A DNA stretch of 64,000 bases from Bacteroidales bacterium (GCA_003142255.1 PLLO01000001.1:17839-81838); one strand, 5' to 3'. Positions 40,023-50,652 are shown, numbered from the stretch's first letter. Program-made: numbers and translations. The notes: a model not told the origin generated them from the letters alone.

Positions 40023-41006
40023 ATGAAAAAATTCAAATGGGGTATTCTTGCCCCGGGGAAAATGGCTGTAAAATTCAGCAGGGGAATACAACTTCTTGAG
40101 AATGCAGAAATATATTCTGTAGGCTCACGCGATATTCAGCGCGCTAAAATATTTGCCGAGGAATTTGGATGTAAAAAATATTATGGCAGCTATGAGGAGC
40201 TTGCCGCTGATCCGGATGTCGATGTGATATATATTGCATCACCGCATTCATATCATCGTGAACACACTTTATTATGCCTTAGTAACGGGAAAAATGTAAT
40301 ATGTGAAAAGGCTTTTGCAATGAACTGCAGCGAAGTCAGCCAGATGATCTCGGATGCAAAAAAGCGAAAACTCTTTCTTATGGAGGCTCTATGGCCTCCT
40401 TTCCAGCCATTTTATAAAAAAGCGTCGGAGATAATCGAGTCGGGGGTACTGGGAAAAATATACCATCTTCATGGTTATTTTACATTTATAGCACCCTATG
40501 ATCCTCTTGATCGAAAATTCAACCTTTCACTTGGAGGGAGCTCACTTCTTGATATTGGCATATACCCTGTAATTGATGCACTTACTTTCATGGGAGTGCC
40601 AGATGATGTAAAAGCTTCGGCAGCATTTTCTCCAACCGGCTCTGAAGAATCTGTTTCTGTAATTTTCAGGTATAAGGATGGACGTATGGCTACATTGTAT
40701 AGTTCATTTAAAACAAGTATCGGCATCGGATGCGAGATTATATGTGAAAAAGGAAATATAACAGTATCACGCGGCCGCGACATGAACCAGCGTGTTTTAC
40801 TTGAGCTCCACGGCAGTGAAAAGCAGGAATTTGTGTTTTCACCCCCCGCAATGGGCTACCATTGGGAGGCTGAAGAGGTGATGAAGTGTCTCGACGATAA
40901 TAGAACTCAGAGTCAGGTCGTTCCGATTTCCTTCAGCGTCAATCTCATAAAAACACTTGACAGAATACGTGAAGAAGCAGGAATAATTTTCCCGGATATC
41001 GATTAA
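40023..41006 (+). CDS. Gfo/Idh/MocA family oxidoreductase
   Basis: WGILAPGKMA, YIASPHSYH, VICEKAF, GGSSLLDIGIYP. Confidence 0.92.
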   Translation: MKKFKWGILAPGKMAVKFSRGIQLLENAEIYSVGSRDIQRAKIFAEEFGCKKYYGSYEELAADPDVDVIYIASPHSYHREHTLLCLSNGKNVICEKAFAMNCSEVSQMISDAKKRKLFLMEALWPPFQPFYKKASEIIESGVLGKIYHLHGYFTFIAPYDPLDRKFNLSLGGSSLLDIGIYPVIDALTFMGVPDDVKASAAFSPTGSEESVSVIFRYKDGRMATLYSSFKTSIGIGCEIICEKGNITVSRGRDMNQRVLLELHGSEKQEFVFSPPAMGYHWEAEEVMKCLDDNRTQSQVVPISFSVNLIKTLDRIREEAGIIFPDID

Positions 41007-41079
41007 GACCGCACGACTGACTGCACGATTCAAGGAGCTTAGCGACGCAGTTCCGCGAATCGGAAGCACGATTACGCTA

Positions 41080-41790
41080 TTGCACGATCAAAAAATGAAT
41101 GATTCTTCTCCAGATATTAAATCCGAGGCTGCTTTCTACAGGAAGAAATTTCTGCTGAGCATTATTATTCCATCTGTCATTGTTCTCTTCATGTGGATTG
41201 TCAGAATCACTGAAACCATCTTTGGGCTCGATCTTTCAAACCTGGGAATATATCCTCTTGAAATAAAGGGGCTACCCGGAATTTTTCTTTCTCCATTCAT
41301 TCATGAGAACTTCCGGCATCTGCTGAATAATACGCTGCCGCTTTATATGCTTTCTATAACTCTTTTCTTTTTTTATTCGGAAATAGCCCTTAAAGTTTTA
41401 TCCTGGACCTGGATTCTTACAGGATTGCTGGTATGGCTGGGTGGAAGGGAAGCATGGCACATCGGGGCAAGCGGATTGGTTTACGGGCTTGCCTCATTCC
41501 TCTTTTTCAGCGGCATCATACGGCGCTATTACAGGCTGGTTGCATTATCTCTCCTCATAGTTTTTATGTATGGTGAAATGGTATGGGGCATTTTCCCCGG
41601 CGTCTATCAGAATGTCTCATGGGAATCTCATATGCTTGGGTTCGTATCAGGGATCATTCTTGCTGTATGGTACAGGAAAAAGGGTCCTCAATCGCCGGTT
41701 ATTGAATGGTCTGAGGAAGAAGAGAAGGAGAGCGGAAATGGAAACGATGAAAATGCTGATAACAGCAAAATGCCTAACTTAGAATTCTGA
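41080..41790 (+). CDS. Rhomboid family intramembrane serine protease
   Basis: HLLNN, IGASGLVYG, SWESHMLG; real start may be the ATG at 41095. Confidence 0.92.
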   Translation: MHDQKMNDSSPDIKSEAAFYRKKFLLSIIIPSVIVLFMWIVRITETIFGLDLSNLGIYPLEIKGLPGIFLSPFIHENFRHLLNNTLPLYMLSITLFFFYSEIALKVLSWTWILTGLLVWLGGREAWHIGASGLVYGLASFLFFSGIIRRYYRLVALSLLIVFMYGEMVWGIFPGVYQNVSWESHMLGFVSGIILAVWYRKKGPQSPVIEWSEEEEKESGNGNDENADNSKMPNLEF

Positions 41791-41822
41791 AAATTGCCGG
41801 GATTCCTGAAATATTAAGGTTT

Positions 41823-42989
41823 ATGATAATTGACGACAAAGATAAACAAGATTCCTTTTCGATTGGATTTGATGCGAAAAGGGCTTTCTTTAATTCAAGC
41901 GGGTTAGGCAATTACAGCCGGAATCTTTTGAATGCTCTTGCAAAAAATTTCCCCGGCATCCATTATTATCTTTTCACGCCAAAGATAAAAAACAGGTTTA
42001 TCCTGGATAATGACAAACAGTTCACGCTTGTTGAGCCAGACAAGCCTGTCTTCAGATTATTTAATTCTCTTTGGAGAAGGGTGTTTATGACGAATGAAAT
42101 AAAACGACGTAAAATTGATTTATTTCACGGATTAAGTCATGAATTGCCGGTCGGCATTGAGAAAGCGGGAGTAAAATCAATAGTAACGGTTCATGATGTT
42201 ATTTTTATAAGATTCCCGGAGTTATACAAGTGGTTTGATAGAAAAATCTACACACGTAAAATAATTCACGCTTGCAAAGTGTCGGACCGGATTGTAGCTG
42301 TCAGCAAACAGACCAGGGACGATCTGATCGCTTGCCTCGGCGTAAGGCCTGATAAAATTACTGTGATTTACCAGGGTTGTAATCCATGTTTCCGGAATAA
42401 TTTCAGTGAAGAGTACCATAAAGAAATCCGGGCAAAATACAAACTGCCGGAAAGGTATCTTCTTTACGTTGGTACGATTGAGGAACGAAAGAATTTATTA
42501 AGCGTTATTAAAGCTTTGCACATTGCAGATATAAATATTCCCCTGGTTGTGGTGGGACGAAAGGTGAAACCATATTTTAAAAAAGTTCTCAATTATATTA
42601 CGGATAATGGGCTTGATAAAATAATATTCCTGGAAGGCATTTCAAATTCTGACCTGCCGGTAATTTACAGGGAGGCCGAATGTTTTATTTACCTTTCTTT
42701 TGTTGAGGGCTTTGGTATCCCGTTGCTCGAAGCATTGGTTTCCAGGACTCCTGTTATTACAACTGCTGGAGGTTGTTTCCCCGAAGCTGCAGGACCTGGA
42801 AGTATTTATGTCGATCCTCATGATCCCAAACAGATAGGTAAAGCTATCATAAAGGTAACAAGCGATAAGGATTTGAGGGAGAAAATGATCAGTATCGGAG
42901 CCGCATATGCAGATAATTTTAAGGATGATCTTATTGCCCGGGATTATATGACGCTTTACCAGTCAATGTTACAGAGCAGCAAGGACTGA
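41823..42989 (+). CDS. GT4 family glycosyltransferase
   Basis: FDAKRAF, GLGNYSR, VGTIEERKN, EGFGIPLLEA. Confidence 0.92.
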   Translation: MIIDDKDKQDSFSIGFDAKRAFFNSSGLGNYSRNLLNALAKNFPGIHYYLFTPKIKNRFILDNDKQFTLVEPDKPVFRLFNSLWRRVFMTNEIKRRKIDLFHGLSHELPVGIEKAGVKSIVTVHDVIFIRFPELYKWFDRKIYTRKIIHACKVSDRIVAVSKQTRDDLIACLGVRPDKITVIYQGCNPCFRNNFSEEYHKEIRAKYKLPERYLLYVGTIEERKNLLSVIKALHIADINIPLVVVGRKVKPYFKKVLNYITDNGLDKIIFLEGISNSDLPVIYREAECFIYLSFVEGFGIPLLEALVSRTPVITTAGGCFPEAAGPGSIYVDPHDPKQIGKAIIKVTSDKDLREKMISIGAAYADNFKDDLIARDYMTLYQSMLQSSKD

Positions 42990-43028
42990 CCCGGAACTGA
43001 ATAATAACGAAAGCCGAACCACACCCTG

Positions 43029-44339
43029 ATGCACGAAAGATTCAGATACCGGGATGCTGATGAAATTATCGGTAAGGCTAAAGAACTTGGCTTCGACCTT
43101 CCGTTCAGCTATGACCTTACACCCTTGCTCGATCCTTTGACAATTGATGGTTTTTCCATTCAAAACCGTTTTGTGGTCCAGCCTATGGAAGGGTATGATT
43201 CTGCCCATGACGGATCCCCTTCTGCTCTGACAAAAAGACGTTATCTCAGATATGCTGAAGGAGGAAGCGGTATAATCTGGTTTGAGGCAACAGCAGTTTC
43301 GGAAGACGGAAGATCCAATCCCGGTCAGCTTATGATTACCGGAAATAATATTGATTCATTCAAATCACTTGTTTCTGAAACAAGGATAACCGCCTCAAAA
43401 AATGGATTCAAGCCGCTCCTGGTAGTTCAGCTGACTCATTCAGGCAGGTACAGCAAGCCTGAGGGGAAGCCGCAGCCCAAAGTTGCGTCACTAAACCCGA
43501 TCCTTGACAAAACGGAACCTTATGTTCTTTCGGATAATGACCTTTTGCGTATTCAGGATCAATATATCGCTTCTGCAAAACTTGCTGAAGAAGCAGGATT
43601 TAATGCAATTGACATTAAAGCATGTCATGGTTATCTTATAGTAGAATCATTATCAGCGAAAGAAAGAAATGACAGTAATTACGGCGGAGCCAATCCATTT
43701 TCAAGATTCCGGTTCATGCTCGAAATCCTTGACCGCATTCGGGAGGAAGTACCTGGAATGATGCTTACAACACGATTAAACATTTCAGACTGCTATAAGG
43801 GTGGATTTGGAGTTGACAAAAACGATCAGCCCGATTTCACTGAACCCATGCTTCTTGTTGAGGAGCTTCTTAAACGAGACATATGGCTGATAAATATAAG
43901 CATGGGAAGCCCGTATTTCAATCCTCATGTAACACGCCCCTTTGACACCCCTGTTCCGGGCAGTCCGGTACCTGACGAGCATCCTCTTAATGGCGTAATG
44001 AGGATGATCGGCAGCACTTCATTATTTCAGAAAAGGTTTCCCGAAATAAATTTCGCCGGCTCGGCATATTCGTATCTGCGGCAATTTGCACTCAATGTGG
44101 GAGCGGCAGTAGTAAAAAACAGTGAAGCCTCTTTTATCGGCTTCGGAAGAAACTCGTTCGCATACCCGTCAATGCCGGCTGACATAATTAGATTTGGCGA
44201 GGCCGATCCTTCGAAATTTTGCATTGCATGCTCCGGCTGCACAAGGCTTATCAGCAATCTAAGGCATGGCGGATGCGTAATAAGGGACAGGGAGATATAT
44301 GATACTGAACTTAAAAAGCTATTTGCCGATGGAAAATGA
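43029..44339 (+). CDS. NADH:flavin oxidoreductase (old yellow enzyme-like) with C-terminal Cys cluster
   Basis: NRFVVQPMEG, QLTHSGRYS, DIKACHGYL, C-terminal CIACSGC...GGC. Confidence 0.88.
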   Translation: MHERFRYRDADEIIGKAKELGFDLPFSYDLTPLLDPLTIDGFSIQNRFVVQPMEGYDSAHDGSPSALTKRRYLRYAEGGSGIIWFEATAVSEDGRSNPGQLMITGNNIDSFKSLVSETRITASKNGFKPLLVVQLTHSGRYSKPEGKPQPKVASLNPILDKTEPYVLSDNDLLRIQDQYIASAKLAEEAGFNAIDIKACHGYLIVESLSAKERNDSNYGGANPFSRFRFMLEILDRIREEVPGMMLTTRLNISDCYKGGFGVDKNDQPDFTEPMLLVEELLKRDIWLINISMGSPYFNPHVTRPFDTPVPGSPVPDEHPLNGVMRMIGSTSLFQKRFPEINFAGSAYSYLRQFALNVGAAVVKNSEASFIGFGRNSFAYPSMPADIIRFGEADPSKFCIACSGCTRLISNLRHGGCVIRDREIYDTELKKLFADGK

Positions 44340-46320
44340 ATTAATCCACATAGATGGTTTTGAGATAAGATGTATCAGTGCGAATACGCTTATTATAGGA
44401 AGTGGAGCTGCTGCTTTGAATGCCGCAGTTTCTCTGCATTCATTCGGACAGCATAATCTAGTGATTGCCACATCGAAATGGGGAGGAGGGACTTCCAACA
44501 ATGCCGGTTCTGATAAGCAGACTTATTACAAATTATCGCTCAGCGGCACTCAGCCCGATTCAGTTCCCGAAATGGCTGCTGACCTCTTCAATGGAAGATG
44601 TATGCATGGCGACATTGCACTTTGTGAAGCCCAGGGATCTGTCAGAGCATTCATGAATCTTGTTAGCCTCGGAGTGAAATTTCCACACGACAGGTTCGGA
44701 GCATGGGCCGGGTATAAGACTGATCATGATTCCCGTTCCAGGGCCACATCAGCAGGACCATACACTTCGAAAAGAATGTTTGAAGCTCTTGCCGGAGAGG
44801 TGAAAAGGCGTAAAATAAGAATTCTTGACCGGCACCAGGTAATTTCACTTTTGACTGATAATGACAAATCAAGAGTAATCGGTGCCCTGGCAATAAATAT
44901 TAAAGAGAAAGATCCGGCAAAAGCTTTCGTTCTCTTTAATTGTGAAAATATTATTCTTGGAACCGGAGGCCCGGGTGGCATATATGATACAACTGTTTAC
45001 CCGGTTTCTCAGACCGGATCTGTTGGAATGGCGTTTGAAGCAGGAGCCTCAGGACAAAACCTTACTGAATCTCAGTTTGGAATAGCCTCGGTAAAGTTCA
45101 GGTGGAACCTTTCAGGCAGCTACCAGCAGGCTATACCCGCATATATTTCAACAGATAAAAAGGGGAACGACAGGAAAGAGTTCCTTAATCAGTTTTTCCC
45201 CGATTACCGCTCGCTCACAAAGGCAATATTTCTGAAAGGGTACCAATGGCCTTTTGATCCCGGGAAGATAGGAGACCATGGATCTTCCCTGATAGACCTC
45301 CTGGTTTACAGGGAAATCAAAGAAAAGAAACAAAGGGTTTTCCTTGATTATACTTCAAATCCATCTTTCGGAAAAATCTCTGATTTTTTACCTGACGAAC
45401 TCGATCCTGAAGTCTTTAACTATCTGAAAAATTCAGGTGCCCTGAAAAAAAATCCCGTAGAAAGACTTCATGCAATAAATTTCCCGGCATTCGACCTCTA
45501 CAGGCAACATGGAATAGATCTGTCGAAGGAAATGGTTGAAATTGCTGTCTGTGCGCAGCATAATAATGGAGGATTAAAAGGAGATATCTGGTGGGAATCT
45601 GATCTGAAGCATCTTTTCCCGATAGGTGAGGTAAATGGATCCCACGGCGTTTACAGGCCTGGCGGTTCTGCACTAAATTCCGGGCAAGTTGGAAGTTACA
45701 GAGCAGCATGGCAGGTTTTCAGAAAGTACAATAATCCGGTCAGCGGAACGGATATTTTCCTGAAGCAATCGAAGATGCAGGTTGAAAAAAAATTGTTGCT
45801 GGCAAAAAAATGGTTAGCTGCAGGCAGTCATCCCGGGAATAAAAAATACCTGCAGGAAATAAGGAAAAGAATGTCGGATGCAGGTGCCATAATCAGGAAT
45901 CTAAACAAGGTAAATTATGCAGTATCTGAAGCATCAGAGATACTGAATGATCTTCCGGGCATGATTGGGTCCGGATCTGTCAGGGAACTTGCCGAAACCT
46001 TCAGGCTTATGGATCATTGCCTTACGCATTACATCTATCTTGAAGCAATAAGGGAGTACCTGGCAGGCGGAGGAAGAAGCAGGGGTTCTTACCTTGTTAC
46101 GGGAACGGATAATGCCATTATTGATATTTCAGGGGGAAAAATTACCCATACCGGGCTGTGTAATTATGACAGACCGATTGAAAAGGAGATACTTGAAATA
46201 AGCTACAGGGATGGGAAAACATTCAGTAAGCTTGTGAAGCCGAGGGAGATACCAGCCCAAAATCTCTGGTTTGAGAAAGTATGGAAAGATTATCTGGAAG
46301 ATAATTCTGAAGGGTGTTGA
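44329..46320 (+). CDS. SdhA/FrdA/NadB-superfamily FAD-binding protein
   Basis: IIGSGAAAL, LGTGGPG, QHNNGG, IGEVNGSHGVYRPGGSAL; ATG at 44329 overlaps the end of the OYE gene (track start 44299). Confidence 0.82.
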   Translation: MENELIHIDGFEIRCISANTLIIGSGAAALNAAVSLHSFGQHNLVIATSKWGGGTSNNAGSDKQTYYKLSLSGTQPDSVPEMAADLFNGRCMHGDIALCEAQGSVRAFMNLVSLGVKFPHDRFGAWAGYKTDHDSRSRATSAGPYTSKRMFEALAGEVKRRKIRILDRHQVISLLTDNDKSRVIGALAINIKEKDPAKAFVLFNCENIILGTGGPGGIYDTTVYPVSQTGSVGMAFEAGASGQNLTESQFGIASVKFRWNLSGSYQQAIPAYISTDKKGNDRKEFLNQFFPDYRSLTKAIFLKGYQWPFDPGKIGDHGSSLIDLLVYREIKEKKQRVFLDYTSNPSFGKISDFLPDELDPEVFNYLKNSGALKKNPVERLHAINFPAFDLYRQHGIDLSKEMVEIAVCAQHNNGGLKGDIWWESDLKHLFPIGEVNGSHGVYRPGGSALNSGQVGSYRAAWQVFRKYNNPVSGTDIFLKQSKMQVEKKLLLAKKWLAAGSHPGNKKYLQEIRKRMSDAGAIIRNLNKVNYAVSEASEILNDLPGMIGSGSVRELAETFRLMDHCLTHYIYLEAIREYLAGGGRSRGSYLVTGTDNAIIDISGGKITHTGLCNYDRPIEKEILEISYRDGKTFSKLVKPREIPAQNLWFEKVWKDYLEDNSEGC

Positions 46321-46382
46321 CTGATTTGATCAAATTATTACCTTTATCGCCATATTTCTGTTGAACCTGAAAATTACCGAGG

Positions 46383-47162
46383 ATGAATAATATACCTGTA
46401 GCAGTCATTACAGGAGCCAGCAGGGGGATAGGCAGATCAGTCGCAATTTCCCTGGCATCTGAGGGCTATGACATTGCGGCAATATCACGCTCTGTCGACA
46501 GTGAAGGCATGGGAATACTCGGATCGGCAGTTGAAAAAATAGGCAGGGAATTTTTCCCCATAGGTCTTGACATTTCCTGCACCAGCTGCCAGGTTGAGGT
46601 TGTAAGGAATATCCTTGGCAGGTATGGCCGGATAGATATCCTGGTTAACAATGCCGGTGTTGCGCCTCTCCAGCGGGACGACCTTCTTGATATGACCGAA
46701 GAGAGCTATAACAGGGTCATGAATATTAACCTTAAAGGGCCGGTGTTCTTTGCACAGAAAATTGCGAAAGAGATGATCTGGCTCAGGCAACAGATAACGG
46801 GTTATAAGCCAGTAATTATTTTCATGACATCTGTTTCATCCGTACGGTCGAGTACCAACAGGGCAGAGTATTGCCTGTCAAAAGCCGGTTTGAGCATGGC
46901 TTCCACTGTTTTTGCCGATCGCCTGTCGAAAGAAGATATCAGGGTTTTCGAGGTCAGGCCCGGAATTATCCAGACAGATATGACTGTCAAAATGAAGGAT
47001 AAGTACAACAAGATGATAAGCGATGGGTTCGTGCCTGCTGAGCGATGGGGTTTTCCTGAGGATATTGGGAAAGCTGTTGCTTCACTTGCCAGGGGCGACT
47101 GGGATTTTTCAACAGGAATGGTTTTCGAGATAAGCGGCGGCCTCAATATTCATAAATTATAA
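46383..47162 (+). CDS. Short-chain dehydrogenase/reductase
   Basis: TGASRGIG, NNAG, YCLSK (YxxxK), RPGIIQTDM. Confidence 0.92.
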   Translation: MNNIPVAVITGASRGIGRSVAISLASEGYDIAAISRSVDSEGMGILGSAVEKIGREFFPIGLDISCTSCQVEVVRNILGRYGRIDILVNNAGVAPLQRDDLLDMTEESYNRVMNINLKGPVFFAQKIAKEMIWLRQQITGYKPVIIFMTSVSSVRSSTNRAEYCLSKAGLSMASTVFADRLSKEDIRVFEVRPGIIQTDMTVKMKDKYNKMISDGFVPAERWGFPEDIGKAVASLARGDWDFSTGMVFEISGGLNIHKL

Positions 47163-47256
47163 TTTCCCCCTTTCATTTTTATTGTCGTGCATTCAATGAA
47201 GATTGAACAAAATCTTTTTCGTGTTGTTTAATGAAATAAACACAAAAAAAACAAAC

Positions 47257-47820
47257 ATGAAAAACGCAATTCTCTTATTAACTTTTATGCTTTATCCTGT
47301 TCTGACCAATGCGCAGGTAAAGATGAATGCAGATACGGAAAAAACTACTTTGCAATGGCTGGGCGAAAAAGTTATGGGTCAGCATACAGGGACTATTAAT
47401 TTAAAAGACGGCTGGCTTACCCTGAACAATAATCAAATAGTTTCTGGCGAATTTAATATCGATATGGCAAGCCTCAAGGAATCTGAATCAAACCAGATGC
47501 TTGAAAAGCACCTGAAATCAGATGATTTTTTCGGAGTTGAAAAGTTCCCGACGGCTAAGCTAGTTCTTACTGGCAGCGATTCATTCGAAAAAGGTACTGC
47601 GGTTGTAAGGGGATCACTTACAATTAAAGGAACTACAAACCCCATTGAATTCAAGGCGCTTCTTCAGAAAAAAGATGAAGGGACATGGTTTTTTGCAAAC
47701 ATCATTATTGACAGGACCAAATTCAATATCCGCTACGGATCAGGATCATTCTTTGATAACCTTGGCGACAAAGCAATTTATGACGAATTTAAGGTGAAGG
47801 TAAATTTGCTTGTTAAATAA
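47257..47820 (+). CDS. YceI family lipid/isoprenoid-binding protein
   Basis: Signal peptide from the ATG at 47257; HLKSDDFF, GSLTIKG, IDRTKFNIRYGS. Confidence 0.9.
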   Translation: MKNAILLLTFMLYPVLTNAQVKMNADTEKTTLQWLGEKVMGQHTGTINLKDGWLTLNNNQIVSGEFNIDMASLKESESNQMLEKHLKSDDFFGVEKFPTAKLVLTGSDSFEKGTAVVRGSLTIKGTTNPIEFKALLQKKDEGTWFFANIIIDRTKFNIRYGSGSFFDNLGDKAIYDEFKVKVNLLVK

Positions 47821-47904
47821 ATTCTTCCTGTTTTTATTTCCTGATTAATGTTTTGGAAAAGTCATAAATCATGACAATCTTGTATTGATAAATACATTTT
47901 GTCT

Positions 47905-49158
47905 ATGATTAATGGCATTCCTGTTGAGAATAACAAGCAAAGACTTGTTTACCAGGGATTTTTAATTCCTTTCATTCTTATAACAAGTCTTTTTTTCCTG
48001 TGGGGATTTGCCCATGGTTGCATTGATGTCCTTAATAAGCATTTCCAGGAGCTTCTGAATATGTCGAAGGCCAGATCGGCCTTTATTCAGTTCGTTTTCT
48101 ACGGCGGTTATTTTCTGATGGCAATACCGGCCGGATTGATTATGCAGAAGGCAGGGTACAAAAAAGGAATTATATTCGGATTGCTTCTTTTTGCCGCGGG
48201 AGCCTTTTTGATGCTGCCGGCTACCCTGATCCAGACATTCGGCAGCTTTCTGTTTTGCCTTTTTGTAATCGCATGCGGACTTACCTGTCTGGAAACTGCA
48301 GCAAACCCATATACCACAATTCTTGGTCCGCCGGAGTTTGGCGAGCGAAGGATAAACTTTTCCCAGTCTTTCAATGGCCTTGGATGGATTGCAGGTCCGC
48401 TCGTCGGAGGTATGCTGATATTCTCAAATACCGGAAATGGAAACAAATTTGCTTCAATTGCCCTTCCTTATCTTCTTATAGGAACACTGGTTCTTATTGT
48501 GGCAGTCTTTTTCTGGAGGGTCACTTTCCCTGAAATAAAGGAAGAATCTCCTGCTGAAGGGAATACCGGGACTACTGAAGAGACGAGCATGCGGGAACTG
48601 TTAAAACATCCACATTTTATTCTTGCTGTTATTGCACAGTTTCTTTATGTAGCTGCCCAGACAGGAATAAACAGTTTCTTCATTAATTATGTAACGGAAG
48701 AGATTCCTTCACTTACCAACCAGCAAGCAGCACAAATACTCGGATTCGGGGGTATGGGATTATTCTGGCTCGGAAGGTTCTCAGGAAGCACCTTCTTCAT
48801 GCGTATTATACGGCCCAACAGGCTGCTGGCATTTTATGCCCTCGCAAATGTCATAACAATGAGCCTTGTTGTAGCAGGGCTGGGATGGGTATCAGTGATT
48901 GCACTGTTTTCTACATATTTCTTCATGTCTGTAATGTTCCCGACAATATTTGCACTCGGGATAAAGGGAATGGGCCCACTTACAAAGAAAGCTTCATCGA
49001 TTCTTGTCATGTCGATTGTTGGAGGCGCAATTATTCCGGTTATTATGGGGCATATTGCAGATGTATCAACAATGGCATTAGGTTTTATTGTTCCGCTGGT
49101 CTGCTTCGCCTTCATAGTTTATTACGGACTCAAAGGCTACAAGGCCGGAAGAGCCTGA
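47905..49158 (+). CDS. FucP/GluP-family sugar:H+ symporter (MFS)
   Basis: ITSLFFLWGFA, LETAANPY, SQSFNGLG, QFLYVAAQ, MFPTIFALG. Confidence 0.9.
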   Translation: MINGIPVENNKQRLVYQGFLIPFILITSLFFLWGFAHGCIDVLNKHFQELLNMSKARSAFIQFVFYGGYFLMAIPAGLIMQKAGYKKGIIFGLLLFAAGAFLMLPATLIQTFGSFLFCLFVIACGLTCLETAANPYTTILGPPEFGERRINFSQSFNGLGWIAGPLVGGMLIFSNTGNGNKFASIALPYLLIGTLVLIVAVFFWRVTFPEIKEESPAEGNTGTTEETSMRELLKHPHFILAVIAQFLYVAAQTGINSFFINYVTEEIPSLTNQQAAQILGFGGMGLFWLGRFSGSTFFMRIIRPNRLLAFYALANVITMSLVVAGLGWVSVIALFSTYFFMSVMFPTIFALGIKGMGPLTKKASSILVMSIVGGAIIPVIMGHIADVSTMALGFIVPLVCFAFIVYYGLKGYKAGRA

Positions 49159-49303
49159 AAACCAGCAAGAACAGGTATCAGAATTCAGTTTCTGAATAAA
49201 GCCTTTCTCTTTCACCAAAAGCAAGGGAATAGTGCACGCGATATTCTTATCCTCACCCGATTCCTTGTCCCGAAGAATCATTCTGTTCTGTTTATAGTAA
49301 ATG

Positions 49304-49331
49304 AAAAATCCCGGCTTTCGCCGGGATCTTT
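49304..49331. terminator. Hairpin terminator downstream of tRNA-Asn, possibly bidirectional
   Basis: AAAA-ATCCCGGC-TTTC-GCCGGGAT-CTTT. Confidence 0.7.
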
Positions 49332-49340
49332 ATCGCTTTG

Positions 49341-49414
49341 CTCCCCAGGTAAGACTCGAACTTACGACCCACGGATTAACAGTCCGTTGCTCTAACCAAC
49401 TGAGCTACTGAGGA
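49341..49414 (-). tRNA. tRNA-Asn (GTT)
   Basis: Minus strand TCCTCAGTAGCTCAGTTGGTTAGAGCAACGGACTGTTAATCCGTGGGTCGTAAGTTCGAGTCTTACCTGGGGAG: acceptor stem, D arm, CTGTTAA anticodon loop, TTCGA T loop; CCA not encoded; TATTTTTG promoter at 49448-49455. Confidence 0.97.
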
Positions 49415-49501
49415 ATTTATTAATAATGCCAATCTTAATTAGCGTGCCAAAAATAAGGGCTTTTAGTGAATTTAACAATATCTTTAGTGAAAATTTTTAT
49501 A

Positions 49502-50485
49502 ATGAAGCAAATTCTTGGCATAGGAAATGCCCTTGTTGATGTAATGACCATCATTCCCGATGATTCTGTTCTTGAGAAATTCGGATTGCCCAGAGGCAGC
49601 ATGCAGCTTGTTGATGGGGATAAATCACTGCTAATAAAACAAGGAACATCGGCTTATAAAAGAACACTTTCTTCCGGCGGTTCTGCTGCAAACACAATTC
49701 ACGGCCTTGCAATGCTTAAGGCAAATGCAGGATTTATCGGATCTGTTGGAAAAGATGAAACAGGCGATTTTTTCGAAAAGGACATGAAAAGCGCGGGGGC
49801 CACGACAATTCTATTCCGTCGCAACTCTGTTACGGGCACCGCCGTAGCCCTCATTTCTCCTGATTCGGAACGCACTTTTGCGACACATCTTGGAGCTGCC
49901 ATTGAACTTGGACAGAATGATCTTAAAAAGGAACATTTCAAACCTTATAATATTCTTTACCTTGAAGGATATCTGATCAACGACAAATCACTGGTGGAAA
50001 AAGCCTGCATCCTTGCCAAAGAAAATGATATGGAAATTGCCCTCGATCTCGCCAGCTTTAATGTGGTTGAGGCAAAGCTTGATGATTTTAAAGATATACT
50101 GCATAAGTATGTCGATATCGTATTTGCCAATGAAGAAGAAGCCAGGGCTTTTACAGGACTGGACCCGGAAATGGCATTGAATGAATTAGGGCATCAATGC
50201 CACGTTGCAATAGTAAAAGCCGGGAAGGAAGGCTCCCTTATTATGCGAGGGGATGAATTTATTAAGGTTGAATCGCTTCCGGTAATAAGCAAGGACACTA
50301 CCGGAGCAGGAGATCTGTATGCAGCAGGATTCCTGTATGGCTATGCAAATGACCTTCCCCTTGAAAAATGCGGAGTCTTAGGGACTCTTCTTGCAGGTAA
50401 CGTTATTGAAACTGTAGGCGCAAAGATCAGTGACGCGAAATGGGAAAATATCCGGAATCAGGTATTGGCAATTATTGAAGAATAG
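49502..50485 (+). CDS. PfkB family kinase (adenosine kinase-like)
   Basis: GIGNALVD, GGSAANT, FANEEEA, DTTGAGDLYAAGFL; ATG at 49502 preferred over the track start 49466. Confidence 0.92.
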   Translation: MKQILGIGNALVDVMTIIPDDSVLEKFGLPRGSMQLVDGDKSLLIKQGTSAYKRTLSSGGSAANTIHGLAMLKANAGFIGSVGKDETGDFFEKDMKSAGATTILFRRNSVTGTAVALISPDSERTFATHLGAAIELGQNDLKKEHFKPYNILYLEGYLINDKSLVEKACILAKENDMEIALDLASFNVVEAKLDDFKDILHKYVDIVFANEEEARAFTGLDPEMALNELGHQCHVAIVKAGKEGSLIMRGDEFIKVESLPVISKDTTGAGDLYAAGFLYGYANDLPLEKCGVLGTLLAGNVIETVGAKISDAKWENIRNQVLAIIEE

Positions 50486-50652
50486 ACCTTATTAACCTTT
50501 GACTAAACACAAATACAGTTTTTCCCATTAGCATGATTATTCAGGGAACTGTTCAGGACTTAAATTTTAATCATATCTTTAAATAAATAAATTTCAAATG
50601 CCTGTTTTTCAGTAATTATAAACCTTCTTTAGAAAATTTTAAAATAGTCATC

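Noticed and set aside
44329-46320. Calling this gene sdhA, frdA or nadB
   Set aside because: It lacks the covalent-FAD His motif and has no sdhB/sdhC or nadA/nadC neighbours; only the superfamily is supported
49078-49281. 67-aa minus-strand ORF between the permease and the tRNA
   Set aside because: It overlaps the permease 3' end, lies downstream of a terminator and has no recognisable motif
49341-49414. tRNA-Asn as the integration site of an island
   Set aside because: No integrase and no duplicated tRNA 3' end were seen in the window
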